Shown here in pieces: positions 36,295 through 48,800 of a stretch of 64,000 nt of DNA (the first letter of the stretch is position 1; each line of letters begins with the position of its first letter). The stretch is from Paraspadella gotoi (Eukaryota > Animalia > Chaetognatha), in the NCBI GenBank assembly GCA_051294375.1, contig CM119264.1:24220002-24284001 (forward strand), written 5' to 3'. Made by a program: the position numbers and the translations under genes. The notes beneath the pieces are model-generated. The model did no database searches, was not told the DNA's origin, and saw only the letters and a program-made list of their open reading frames with translations.

Positions 36295-36870
36295 GTTGGT
36301 AACGAGGGGGGGGGGCGGAATGGGCGTTGTTTTTCTGATCTTGTGCAAGGAGTGTAATGACTGGTTACCTTTAAATTAACACATCATTAACCCCAATTTC
36401 ATCACTCTACAAATAACATCACTCGACCATCACTCTTTATCCATCGATTCATTCAGCTCCAAAACTAACCCATAGAAAGGATTTTAACCTTATAATAATA
36501 ATAATATTAAAATTTAAGTAATTTAAGTAATCGAGCAAATTTCACGACTCAGTTCACCACAGCCCTTACCCTACCTTTCCTTCACTTTATTACTTTACAC
36601 ACCATCACCTGCTTTACCCCATCAACCCAATCAACCCCATCAACCCCATCAACCCCATCGCCGTCGGCAGCGCCACTTCCACTTCCTTTGAATATTCTCT
36701 TCGCGTTTTCTATGATTTTCCTCCACCGCGTTTTTCGCGTTTTTCTTCCTCTAAACGTCAACACCAGACGTCGTCGTCGTCGTCGTCGTGGTCATCGTCG
36801 TCGTCGTTGTTATCGTCCTTGCCTTCCCCTTCTCGTACTCTTTGCATTAAAATCCTTAAAACCCGTTTAC

Positions 36871-36927
<57 letters not shown>

Positions 36928-37551
36928 TATCATCATCATCTATCGTCGTCATGATCGTCTTTAATATCGTTATCGTGAGGGTTGATGCCAGCGTCGTTGA
37001 CATCGTCGTCGTCGTCGTCGTCATCGTCGTCTTCATCGTCGTCGTCGTCGTCGCCCCCCATGAATCGCGGGAAACGATTTCCATTAAAGTGTCTTCGCCT
37101 CCATTCACTCTCCCCTTTACGACCGATTTGAAAGCGCTACAAACATTCATGTCGGGAGGAGTGACTTGTCATCTCCAGCCAATAATTCCACGCACTTTCT
37201 TTGCTTCGCTTCTTTTTCTTTTCTTTTCTTTTCTTTTCTTTTCTTTTCTTTTCTTTTCTTTTCTTTTCTTTTCTTTTCTTTTCTTTTCTTTTCTTTTTCA
37301 TTATTTTCTTTTCTTTTTTCTTTTTTTTTCTTTTCTTTTCTTTTCTTTTCTTTTCAAATTGAGAGTTTAATATAGAAATGTAGAAATGAAGAAATTTAAA
37401 AATTATTTATATCTTAAACTCCATTATTATAAACATTACTATTCTACTAAGGTGGTATTTATCTATCTTCGATAACAGCAGAATAAACTCAATCGTTAAG
37501 AACCTCATTGAAAGAACGAGGGAGCGAGCCAAAAGACAGAGACAGCAGTAG

Positions 37552-37599
<48 letters not shown>

Positions 37600-37689
37600 G
37601 AGAGCGTTTAACCTAAGTTGAACCACTTAAAGGCCATTTAAACCCAATTGCAGACACCCGACTTTTCCAATAGGAAAGGAAAAAAAGTG

Positions 37690-37910
37690 GAGGAGATGAG
37701 AGAAGAGGAAAAAGAGGAAGATGAGGAGGAAAAGGAAGAAGATGTGGAGGAAAAGAAAGAAGATGAGGAAAAAAAGAAAAAAGATGAGGAGGAAAAGAAA
37801 GAAGATGAGGAGGAAAAAGAAGAAGATGAAAAGGAAGAAGATGGGGAGGAAAAGGAAGAAGATGAGGAGGAAAAGGAAGAAGATGAGGAGGAAAAGGAAG
37901 AAGATGAATA
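37690..37910. repeat. GAA/GAG-rich ~21 bp simple repeat in Dbx intron 4
   Basis: gaggaggaaaaggaagaagat units that produce spurious E/K and F/S ORFs. Confidence 0.85.
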
Positions 37911-38574
37911 AGTGGAGAGGGTCAAAGTTGAAAAAGAGAGAAAAAAAGAAAACGTTTAGAGAAAAGGGAAAAACACAATTAGCAACAAAATTGAGAAAAA
38001 ACTTAAGAATTTCTGGATTCCGACAGAACATTTTTTTAATTTACAAAAAGACACAACTAAATTAGTTGGTTCATGGGAATAATTTTAGTTATATGTAAGC
38101 CTAGAACGAAAATCTTATCGTCAGTTGGATCTTGGTGATACGTGGCTATTACAAGTATGCTTTACATAAAAAAGTAAAACATATAAAACGCACACATTCA
38201 ACCTTGAAAAATATAATTGCCGCGCGGCTTATCAAACAGGAGCGAAGTAGCAATGCCACAGGTGTTTCATTTTCCACCGGGCTGAGATCAGCCGGACACA
38301 GCTGGTCTCCACAGTCGCAATTATAAGTAATCGATCTGCATTAAATCGTCTCGTGACTTCGGCGATTTCATTTCTTTATTCGATTGTTTGGTCACGTGAC
38401 CTCTATGACTTTTGCCACTCATATTGCGTTCGACTTAAAAGGGCTTTTAACAATGCGAAACTGTAGACTTAATTTCAAAAAAAATTATTTGAATCATAAG
38501 TCAAAATTTAATTTAAAATAATTTAACCTAATTTCAATCCCGCTCGAAATTATTAATCAAATTTTAATTTTTAG

Positions 38575-38658
38575 GTGAAGATTTGGTTTCAAAACCGAAG
38601 AATGAAATGGAGAAATTCGAAAGAGAGAGAACTTCTTTCCAAAGGAGAGAGTCGGGAG
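38575..38658 (+). CDS. Dbx: Dbx exon 5 (homeodomain helix 3; 84 bp, missed by the ORF track)
   Basis: ttttag|VKIWFQNRRMKWRNSKERELLSKGESRE|GTGAGT. Confidence 0.95.
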
Positions 38659-38880
38659 GTGAGTAATCTTTGAATCATTTTGATGAAGGAACTTACTTTT
38701 TGTACTGAAGGTGCGATCATTTGCGTTGACTAACGCTGTCAGGTCTGATTGAATGAGTCTCTTAGTCATGAAGTAAAGAACAAATTTCCTCCACTTTCGA
38801 TTTCCATTTCTGATTCCAGTTTAAATTCCATTTCCATTTCTGATTCTATTTTAAATTCAATTTTCCCTTTCCATCTCAAG

Positions 38881-39531
38881 GTCACGATCCCAAACAAATC
38901 GAACCCAAATCCGGACCTGAGCGACGTCGGCGACGACTTTGCCCGGCGTGCATCCCGAGCCACGCCCCATTCATCTCCGCCAGCCGGCGCCGCGCGTCTC
39001 GAAGGCGCCTTTTCTGGCTCCTCGGCGCCGAGACCCTCACCCGGCGCCTTTAACAACGGCGACGAAGACGACGACGACTTCGACGACGACGTTGACGACG
39101 ACGACATCAGCGGAAGCCTCAATCGAAGCGGCGACGACGCCCGTTCGGAATCGGAAGCGACGTCGCCACTGACGATGGCGGCGTCGCTCGAGTCCGCGCA
39201 CGACGCCGCCACAAAAGCCGGTCTCAGGCTCATGGCGTCGCCGATCGAGCCGCCGTTCGGCCAATCGCCGTTCGCCGTCGCTACCCGCACGGATTTCAGC
39301 CAATCGGCGTTGGTCGCTGTTGGCGCTCGCTCGGAATTCGGCCAATCGACTATGACTGCGGCCAGCGTCCGAGCGGATTTCGGCCAATCGGCGTACGAGG
39401 CGCAGAGAAGAATCGGACTGATGCAACATGAAGCTTTTCTGCGTCGAAGGAGAGATGATAATCGTGATGACGACGACGACGACAACAACGACGACGTCGA
39501 CGACGAAGAAGAAGAGATAAAGATTCTGTGA
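38881..39531 (+). CDS. Dbx: Dbx exon 6 (conserved PNKxNPNPDLSD, acidic tail)
   Basis: ctcaag|VTIPNKSNPNPDLSDVG matches the Dbx post-homeodomain motif. The exon ends DEEEEIKIL*. AATAAA at 39798. Confidence 0.9.
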   Translation, partial: VTIPNKSNPNPDLSDVGDDFARRASRATPHSSPPAGAARLEGAFSGSSAPRPSPGAFNNGDEDDDDFDDDVDDDDISGSLNRSGDDARSESEATSPLTMAASLESAHDAATKAGLRLMASPIEPPFGQSPFAVATRTDFSQSALVAVGARSEFGQSTMTAASVRADFGQSAYEAQRRIGLMQHEAFLRRRRDDNRDDDDDDNNDDVDDEEEEIKIL

Positions 39532-40810
39532 ATTTTACACCGAAGAGAAGAATAACTTCTCGATATAAAGTAACGTGTAGCGTAGATATGTATTGAACCA
39601 ATTCTCTATTTTCGCGCGTAATAGTAGAGAAGATTTTAGGACATTTTCTGCGTAATGAGAGATCGAGTGTCACGAAAATTGAGATGGCGTGACGGTGAGA
39701 GTTCGAGTTTTTTTTTCCTTTTCGAGTTCGTATTTCTTTCACTTTTATCGTCGAACGTCACTAAATCTCGACTTTTAGTAACGCGGTCACGGTTGGCAAT
39801 AAAAGATTTAAGGGAGGTTTCCGTTAATTTACTTATTAATCTACTTATCAATTTAAATTAATGTTTATTTTTATAAACCCACCTTCTTGGTAATAATTGA
39901 TAGGACTTAAAAATATGGAGAAGACAATTCAATTCTGAAATAAGATTTTACTGACTTTTTAGATTTACCAGTTTAGCAACCGTGACTAACGAAGCTTTAG
40001 TTGAGTTTCTTGTTTCCTAATCGATCTGAAATTCATTTTCTTAGTTTTAGATTTCGCTTTTTTTAATTCAATAGAATTGATAATACAACTGTTGCAATAA
40101 ACTTTAGTAAAACTGTAGTTTTAACAGTCGTTTACCAGTAGATTATAGACAGTACATAAAGACTCAGCTATTTCTAAATTGATTTTTAAAAAAAGTTAAG
40201 GCAGAGTAGGGGCAGAATTTTTATAGCGACGCATTTAGCAACAATTCATCGCATATTTGTTGGACTAAATGGGTCACAAGGTTCATTGAGGTTAGATGCA
40301 GTAGGGCAACACATTAGTAATCAAACCCGGCGACCGCAGTTACAAGTGATAATGATATTGGCATGAGATAATTGAAACAATAGTGAATTATTATTTCAAC
40401 ATTATTTAAAAAAAAACAAAAAAAACGCAACATCTTTCCACATTAGCAATAACTTACCATCTTAAGTCACATATTTATAGCGTAAAATTTTTAATCAAAA
40501 TGAGTTTAAATTAATTAGTAATTAAAATATCCGTAACACTTGATATTCATAAATGAAAAAGTAAAAAAAAACCAATTTTTGATCATTTGTTTTCTAAAAA
40601 CTTCAACGTTGACAAGCTTGGAAACCATAGGAGGCGCTCGTAGACGGCGATTCACTTTTAACCCGTTTTGACACTAAGAATTCTACAAAAACAAAAGGCC
40701 CAATTGCATTTTGCAGGATTTCAAAATAATAAATAAATGAAATATTATTCATTTTGTTAGATAGTTTTATTAACCATATGCGTATAATCTAAGTCTAATA
40801 ACAATAAGCC

Positions 40811-41295
40811 TTACCTCTGCTGTTGATGTGGCACCTGATGAGTGAAATGACTCGGCACCTGACGTGTCGCTTGTTGAGTAAACTGACTCGGCACCTGTCG
40901 GGTGGCCTGATGAACGACCACATTTTTGGTTGTCTGGTGATGAATCACCGGCTCCTGTATCACTCTCTTGATTACCGGCCGTTCGATAACACGCCGAATC
41001 ACCGGCTTGACCACCTCCTGAATCACTGGTTTGTGAACGATTTCTTTCACGACCGTCGGTTGTCTCACAATTTGCGGCTCAACTATATGAGGCCGAAAGA
41101 TTTGCGGCTGCACAATGTGCGGCACTATTTGCGGTTGGACGATTTGCGGTTGGACGATTTGCGGCACTATTTGCGGCTCGATGATGTTGAGGCTGAAGCT
41201 AGGCTGCGTGTGTGCGTGGGCGAGATGAAGAGTTTGCGTGTGTAAGGGATGCGTGTGCAACACGTTGGACTTAATTAGGGTTTCCAGGGAAAAAT
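40811..41295 (-). CDS. Secreted repeat protein, exon 4 (IV[Q/E]PQ, PVI and QATRQVPS repeats)
   Basis: ctcag|DFSLETLIKSNVLHTH...IVQPQIVQPQIVPHIVQPQ...KPVIQEVVKPVIRRVIERPVI...QATRQVPS x2. It ends in TAA or at the overlapping donor AG|GTAAGG. Confidence 0.7.
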
Positions 41296-41330
41296 CTGAG
41301 GTATTTTGAGTAGATACTAGTTAAAGGTTT

Positions 41331-41373
<43 letters not shown>

Positions 41374-41446
41374 TTAATATTAAACCTAGAGAAAGTTAAA
41401 ATAAAAGCAAAATATTCTCTTCGCTCGGTCTAGAAAACTCACAAAC

Positions 41447-41516
41447 CGGAGGGCGAAAGATGAACATGAGGTTCGAGCGCATGCGCGTGTGAATGCGCGA
41501 TCAACGGAGAGAATTC
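41447..41516 (-). CDS. Secreted repeat protein, exon 3 (His-rich)
   Basis: ttttaag|EFSPLIAHSHAHALEPHVHLSPS G|GTTTGT. Phase 0-1. Confidence 0.55.
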
Positions 41517-41588
41517 CTTAAAAATATTAATGATTTTATGTAATTGTATGACATGACATGACTTGACATGACTTGACATTTCCCTCAC

Positions 41589-41771
41589 TCTCGTAACGAC
41601 GGTCGTCCTCGTCGACGGAGCTTTGGAGACTTCGACCTTCGCCTCAGCCTTCGCCCGCATCTTCTGGAGGAGGTTGGCGGCGACTCCGGCCACGACCGGC
41701 TTCAAAACGCTCGTCCGCGAGTTCTCGAGTAGGCGAGCGAGTTGGGAGGCACGAAGGTTCGTCGCACGAAG
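41589..41771 (-). CDS. Secreted repeat protein, exon 2
   Basis: ttcccttccag|LRATNLRASQLARLLENSRTSVLKPVVAGVAANLLQKMRAK...TTVVTR|GTGAGG. Phase 0-0. Confidence 0.7.
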
Positions 41772-42051
41772 CTGGAAGGGAAAGATTCAAATGCTTTCTC
41801 GAAATTGATTTCATTTAAAAAAATCTAGAAAGTTTATAAGCATTTATATATGAAATTGGTACAACCAATATAAAATTATATAAGAAAAAAATAATTTAAG
41901 AGAAAATCTGGGGGATAAATTATTCTTATATTTACCTTTTAATACTGTTTATTAACTTTTATTTACTTATTTAGTTATAGTCATTTATTTATTTATTTGT
42001 CTATACTTATTAAATTATTTAATCTTTCCATTTACTCTCCTTTCATCTCAC

Positions 42052-42258
42052 CTGATTTCCAATTAAACTCCCGAATCTGACTCCAGGCCAAACCGGCCCT
42101 CCCGCCATGAAGGGAGGCGCCGGAATCGCCGGAGGCCCGAATCCGGCGAATTGCATCGGCAGAACGTTGGAGCCCGAATGACCGGCGCCGGCGAGTGACG
42201 CCGCCGACGCCGCCAAGAGCGCCGTCCATAAGCGCGCTCTCAAAGAAGGCGTCGGCAT
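42052..42258 (-). CDS. Secreted repeat protein, exon 1 (signal peptide)
   Basis: MPTPSLRARLWTALLAASAASLAGA is a typical signal peptide. Phase-0 donor CAG|GTGAGA. Confidence 0.7.
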
Positions 42259-43788
42259 CTTGGATGAAGTGGCGGGATTAACTGACGCCGCAACTCCTGC
42301 GTATCATGCTGTGAGTTTTACAATTCGTCTGAATTTGTATTATTTGTTACAATCTTNNNNNNNNNNGAATTTGAATTATTTGTTACAATCTTGTAAATGA
42401 ATAAATTACATGAATATTGTAAAATAATAGATTAAGATTCTTAAATCTAGGAGAATATAACAAAGCAAACTGAAAAATAGAAAAAAAAGGCACACTAATT
42501 ATGGGGGCTATCCACAATGTCGAAAACCACGTTTTTTATCAATCGAAACTCCAAAGCATATTCGATTTTTTGTGTTTGACGTTTAAAATTAGTTAGATAA
42601 TATTCTATTGAGCTTTAATTATTTATAGTAGCATAAAAGCTCATTTTCTTTTTCTTTCCGTTCAGTTTCAGTCGGTCTGTATTTTATTCTTTTGTTTTTC
42701 TATTAAACCGCAAACAACACGGCGACATCTACAAAACGCCGTCAAAAAACTCTAAATTTTGTTTTTTTTTCAAATGGTTTACTTTGTTCATTTTATTACG
42801 GTATATTCGTTTTTAAAAGGCTATTTTTGAAACTACGTTTTCTTTTCTCTCTTTGCGGCCTATTTTTCCAAAAAAGCTATTTCTGTCGATGCGCAGACGA
42901 CAAATTTATTATTTAGAATAGTAAAATGAAAAAAAAATTGTCAGTACTATTTAGCATTTCGACCAAAATGTAAAACGTAAAATAATCCAACCCGTTAGAA
43001 TTTTGTGAAAGGTTAGGGAACTCCGTTAAAAAAAGATATTCACCCGAAGGCGAATTTCCTTTTTATACCTCAGTTGACCCAAATTGGGTTTTTGCCAGAA
43101 GAGGAAGAAAAGACGGAAAAATTTTCGGATAAAAGAGAAAAAAAAAAAGGGGAAAAATTGAGAAATCGAGACAAGTGAATTGAAGTGAATATAAAAGGGA
43201 AAGACGAGAATGAATTTGATACCGATGTTATATCTAAATACCAAAGGGCAAATAAAGAGAAAGGAAAATCTTAAAATTCCCTTTTGAAGGCGAACGAGAG
43301 CCGTGGCGCGTCTTGTAGACGATAATACTATTTGTTGTTGTTTTAGATTTACTTTTAGAGCTTTTTTTTTCATCGTTGACTGGGAACGAACCTGGAACGT
43401 CTGTGTCCAACCTTACTGCACCAATAACTCATTTTTCTTACACGTTTTATTTTTTTCTTTTTTTTCCCTTTTCTTTCATTCTTTCATTCTTTCCTTCTCT
43501 CCATCCTTCCTTTCCCCCTCCGCCTCCTTTTATTTTCGCTGTTTGTGTTTGTTTATCTGTTTTCGCTCCATTTTTTTTTCGCAAAAGGCACCAAAGGGAA
43601 AAAAATAATGACCCGCGGAAAGTGTGAATCGAAAATTAGTTGGGAGGAAAGAGACAAGAGCGAAAAAAAAGGTAAGAGAACAACAAAGGTGTCGGTTGGT
43701 TTCGAGAAACTTGGGCAACAAACGAAAGTCCCTCTCAGACTTTCATGAGGACTTGGCGTCGGGGAACACAGAGAGAAGAGACGAGAGG

Positions 43789-43869
<81 letters not shown>

Positions 43870-45216
43870 AATCAGTTTCCAACAAGGAATGAAAAAAAGA
43901 TCGTAATGGAAGATAGTGGAGCATGGAAGCAAAAGTTAACTTGTTTTAATTCTAATTTTTTTAGTTGCGCCACGAGTACTCGCGGAGGAACTCTATAAGT
44001 AATTTTTCGGTTGGTAGGTCGGTCGGTCTGTCTGTCAGTAGGTATGTCAATCCGTCAGTCTGTCCAACTTTCGATAAAAATGCATTTAATTCGCCTATAG
44101 TTTGTTGCTCATTTATTAAATTAGGAAAAAACCTCAGATCTACTGTAGCTAGCGCCGCCTACAGGAAATCCTAAAACTATAAGGAATAAAAGATGGAAAT
44201 ACGATGTATTTCATGTCATAAATACACGGGCAAAGCAAGTTTATTAGTCATGTCATGTCATGTCATAACATATCATGTGATCAAAGGGAAATACACGTAA
44301 AAATAAACTCACTGCTGTGCAACCCATTAGATGAACCGATCTTGTTATAAATATTTTTACTATTTTTAATAACTTGTTTTCTCCCCGAAGTTAAATTTCT
44401 TCAATCAATCAATCAATCAGTCAATCAAGTCAATCGTTATCGGCGTTATTGTCATCATTGCATAATCGTTGTCGTTTACTTTTATCGTGGTCAGTGACGG
44501 AAAAGACGCTAAAAACAAACATTTGGATCAAATTAATTAATTACCAAAATTAATTAATTAACAAGAATAATTTATTAATTAAACCGCGAACTTATCGGGT
44601 GGGCAGATCCGACATTGGTTTGCGATCAAACACTTATTAAATCCAAGAGGCGCGATAACAAACAAGATCTGCTCTTATTTGTTGACGCGAGACGGGGTCA
44701 AGTTTAAAAAACAACTCTCAAGAACGGCTAGTACCAATTCGTGTGGATAAACGTAGTCTAAATTAATTCAGTAAAAACAAAAAAATAAAACTAATCTCTA
44801 GCTATCGTCTAATCCTATGCTTGTCAATCTAGTCATGTCATTCTGGCGATAGACGCTACAATGCATCTGTCTGCCTTCGGCTTTGATTGCCTTTCAATAG
44901 AGCTGGCCTTTTTTCGCTTTTTCTTTTGTTTAGTCTTTGCTATGAAATTTCAAAATTACTTGTTTCACTATTTTAAGTTTTAGATTTTAAAATATTCATA
45001 TAAAATTATTTAATTACAACTTCTATATTTTAATTGTTATTATTTTTTTTTTATTAATTTTGTTTTAGATAATCTTTAATGTATTTTCCTGTCCCCTACC
45101 TTAGCCAATAGCCAAGCTTCGCCTGGCTATCTAATATTTTCCCTCGACGTTTCAGCTTCTTCGCCTTTGCGCCGAATTCCCCAACCTAAGCCACGCTTCT
45201 CACTTTCGTGCCTGCC

Positions 45217-45293
<77 letters not shown>

Positions 45294-45465
45294 CTCTCTC
45301 ATCTCTCTCTCCTCTCTTCTCCTCACCCTGATGAAACGGAATGAGAGAAGATTCCTCAGCGAACGAACACAAAACAGACGGCGTCTGCGTCAACCCCTAA
45401 TTTGGGTCAAGCGTTGACGACGTCAGTCCTAATGCGAATCAAAAAGGAGAGAGTGTGGGGAGAGA

Positions 45466-45509
<44 letters not shown>

Positions 45510-45540
45510 AGAGAAAGAGAAAGAGAGAGAGGGGAGGAAG

Positions 45541-45605
<65 letters not shown>

Positions 45606-45807
45606 ACGAGAGAGATAGAGAGAGATAGAGAGAAGAGGACCATGAGTACGGAAGATTAAATTCATCATCACACCTAGGATTGAAAAAATCTTTTTTTCAA
45701 AATCTCTTTCAAATCTCTTTCAAAGTACTTCAGAAGCTTGACTTTGGCTAAGAAAGGTTAATCGACCTAAAATCTTTTTAGACCCCTCTCACGATTATAA
45801 AGATATG

Positions 45808-45879
<72 letters not shown>

Positions 45880-48800
45880 AGTAAAACACTTTTTAATTAA
45901 ATCAAATCGCAATGTTTGAATTTATAGAGAAAACTGTATCATTTACATTGAAAAGACTTTTGAAAAAAAGAAAAGCTGTTAAAATGTAAAATCAGTAAAT
46001 GACTAAGTCACTCAGTAACTACGTTTTAACAAATAGTTTTCTCACTCAATTAAGGTTCTTTAATTTAACATCTTACTTCAGTAAAGAAAACATCTTTCAG
46101 TGGCGCGCGATTCGCTTCGAGCTAACTCTCAATTAGAATTTAAAAAGTGTTTGCGAAAGTCTATGCCAATTGTTTCGTACGATTCTTTCTTTATTTCCCT
46201 AGTTGATGTCGTTTCTGTTGATCGTAGTCAAAGTAGAGATAACTTTTTACGACTTCTGGATAAAAAAAAAAAAGAATAATCCTTAGTATGCCTACATAAA
46301 GGTCTCGAAAAAATACAGAGCGATCACGTTTTCCATTTCAGAGCGAATGCTTCGTCGAGTGTATAAAAAAAATTGAGTTTTTTATTAAACATTCGACGAT
46401 ACTCTCCGTTTTTCTTCAGGAAGGGGGGGGGCGGAAGTAAAGCTATTTTTAAAAACCAGCATTTATAAACAAAATTCTCTTTTAACTGATTTTTTTTCTC
46501 ATTCCCTGAACGCATGAATTATTTTTCAGGACTCCTCTTCAGACGAAACTTTAACTTTTTGATACACTCTGTACCTCACCAACCCACACACGGCAGAGAT
46601 ACATACCACCTTTCCCTCATTTCATCTTTCTAATGCAGTCCACGCCTGAATGTATTAACCTTCAGCACAGACAAGATACACACATCGTCATTCGATCATT
46701 TTTCTAAGATGCCCATCCTGGTCGATCGGACGCGCTCGGTGATCTCATGCACAGAGAGTGAAATGCACGATGTTGTTCTTGACCTTTTACTGTCCCTGTT
46801 AGGCTGATCACTATGCGTCGCGCCTAATGCATAATTGGTCTGCTTAATATCGCTTTTCTTTCTTCCTATTTCTTTTCTTTTATTATCTCCTTGTTATAAA
46901 TTAATCATTTTTTTCTTTGTCCACTGCTTCGCTCTTTTCTCCGAGAGATAAAGCGAGATAAAGAATAATACACAGAATGTACGATGGTTAAATAAAATCA
47001 GCAGATTGGGCGTGATTGGCCAACGTGATTGGTTCGTGATTGTCGGCTTGTGATGTGGTCGTGATTAGTGAGCGTCGTTAAATAGAAAAGAAGAAAATAG
47101 CATGAAACATTCGGAGACTCTGAAACTTCGTGACAAAAGAAAAATCATGTTTTTCTTCGCCCAACGTTTATGAGGATCTTTCGCCATTGCGTCATCACCT
47201 GACGCGTGGACGAGACATAAATGTCATCAAATGAACAGCGTCCGACGGCCACAACACTCACTTTTTTTTCCCCCAAAACCAACATCAATTTTTCGGGAAG
47301 AAATTTTTTTTCTTCGCCGAGAGTTAATTCACTTGGCCCTTCGGGTGTGACTCACACCGTTTCGCGTCCGCTCATAATCACAATCTCTCAACAAATACGA
47401 TCGCTGATCAAAATCGGAGGTCATCGTCCTCAAGTTGTGAGACTTTCATTCATCAATCTTGGACTCACGGCTTCACTTAAATTCCAAATCTTAACCGGGA
47501 AGAAATAGCGTTTGTTGATGCACGACGACGACGATACGAACGACGACGATTATAAACAGTCAGATTGACTGAGGGAAAGTACTTCAATTTTTATCAGTTA
47601 CATATACATCATCGCTAGGGCTTTTTTTGTTATATATTGACGCACATGGCCATGCCTTTTTTTTTTCCAGTTTTCACTTACCAGTCGGTCATGTCATCAA
47701 GTCGTCGTCGTTTTCGTCGTCTTTGCGTCTTCCGTCAGTCTTTGTCGTCTTTGTCGTCTTCGTCTTCGGCGTCTTCGTTCCTTACTTCGTCGTCTTACAT
47801 CGTCTTCGCCTTCATCTTCGTCGTTGTCTTCTCGACTTGTCGAGTCTTGCGTTCTCTCTGCGTCTTCGTCTCTCGTTCATCTCGTCTTCGTCTTCGTCTT
47901 CTCGTCGTTCGATCGTCTTCTCCGTCTGTCTCCGTATCGTTCACCTTGTCTTTTCGTCGTCTCGTCGCTCTCTGTCTTCGTCGTTTCGTCTCTTCTGTCT
48001 TCGTTAGTCTTCAGCGTCTCATTTGTCAGTTCATTCGTCGTCTTCGTCTCTCCTTCATCTCTTTGTCTTCTCAACTCATCTTCCATCGGCAATTCTCTAT
48101 CTTTTTTTCCCTTTCGATCTCTTCAGGAAGTTTCTGAATATTTCTCCTTCACGCTCGACCGATATGTCGAAGATCCTTACTGGGATGCGGGCTTTTCTCT
48201 GGAAAATAAATGGGAACTTTATGGAGATTTGGAGATTTGAGATTTGGAGATTTTGGATCCGTGACGTTTGAGATTTTGACAATGAAAGATATTGGAAATT
48301 TGTTAAAAAATAATAGATTTAGAAAAAAAAACATTATTATTTGTTTTATCAACGAATTGTATTTATAAAACAAATAAATTAATTGTTTTTGCTCTAAATC
48401 TTAAAACACACGAAATAGAAAAGTCCTATACACAAAAAAAATAGAAATAGAAATGAGAGTCCAGAAACAAATATGAAAAACAAACTTTTAGGTTAACTGA
48501 TATCTGGCTTTTTGGGAAATATTAATCTCTCTCTCTCATCTCTCTCTCTCTCTCTCGTTCTCTCCTCTGCTCTCATCTCTCTCTCTCTCTCTCTCTCCTC
48601 ATACATACCCATCAGGACTTATTTCGTGATCTATATTTTTTCCCTCTTCTTAACTTCTTTAAAAGTATTATCATTATTAATCCCGAAATAAAAAAAAAAG
48701 ACTTGGAATTTTTCAATCCTTAAACGATTTTCTCCTCTGCCTTTTTTCCTTTTGCTTCTATTTGGCTACTTTCTTCCGCTTTTTCTTTTCCTTTCTTCTT

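Noticed and set aside
38766-39488. 240 aa minus-strand ORF
   Set aside because: It is antisense to the GC-rich Dbx last exon and has no independent support.
40836-40860. Hammerhead ribozyme core CTGATGA followed by a short stem (also CTGATGA at 45329 and on the minus strand near 6095)
   Set aside because: There is no GAAA after stem II and no closing stems I/III. The 40836 site is antisense to a coding repeat.
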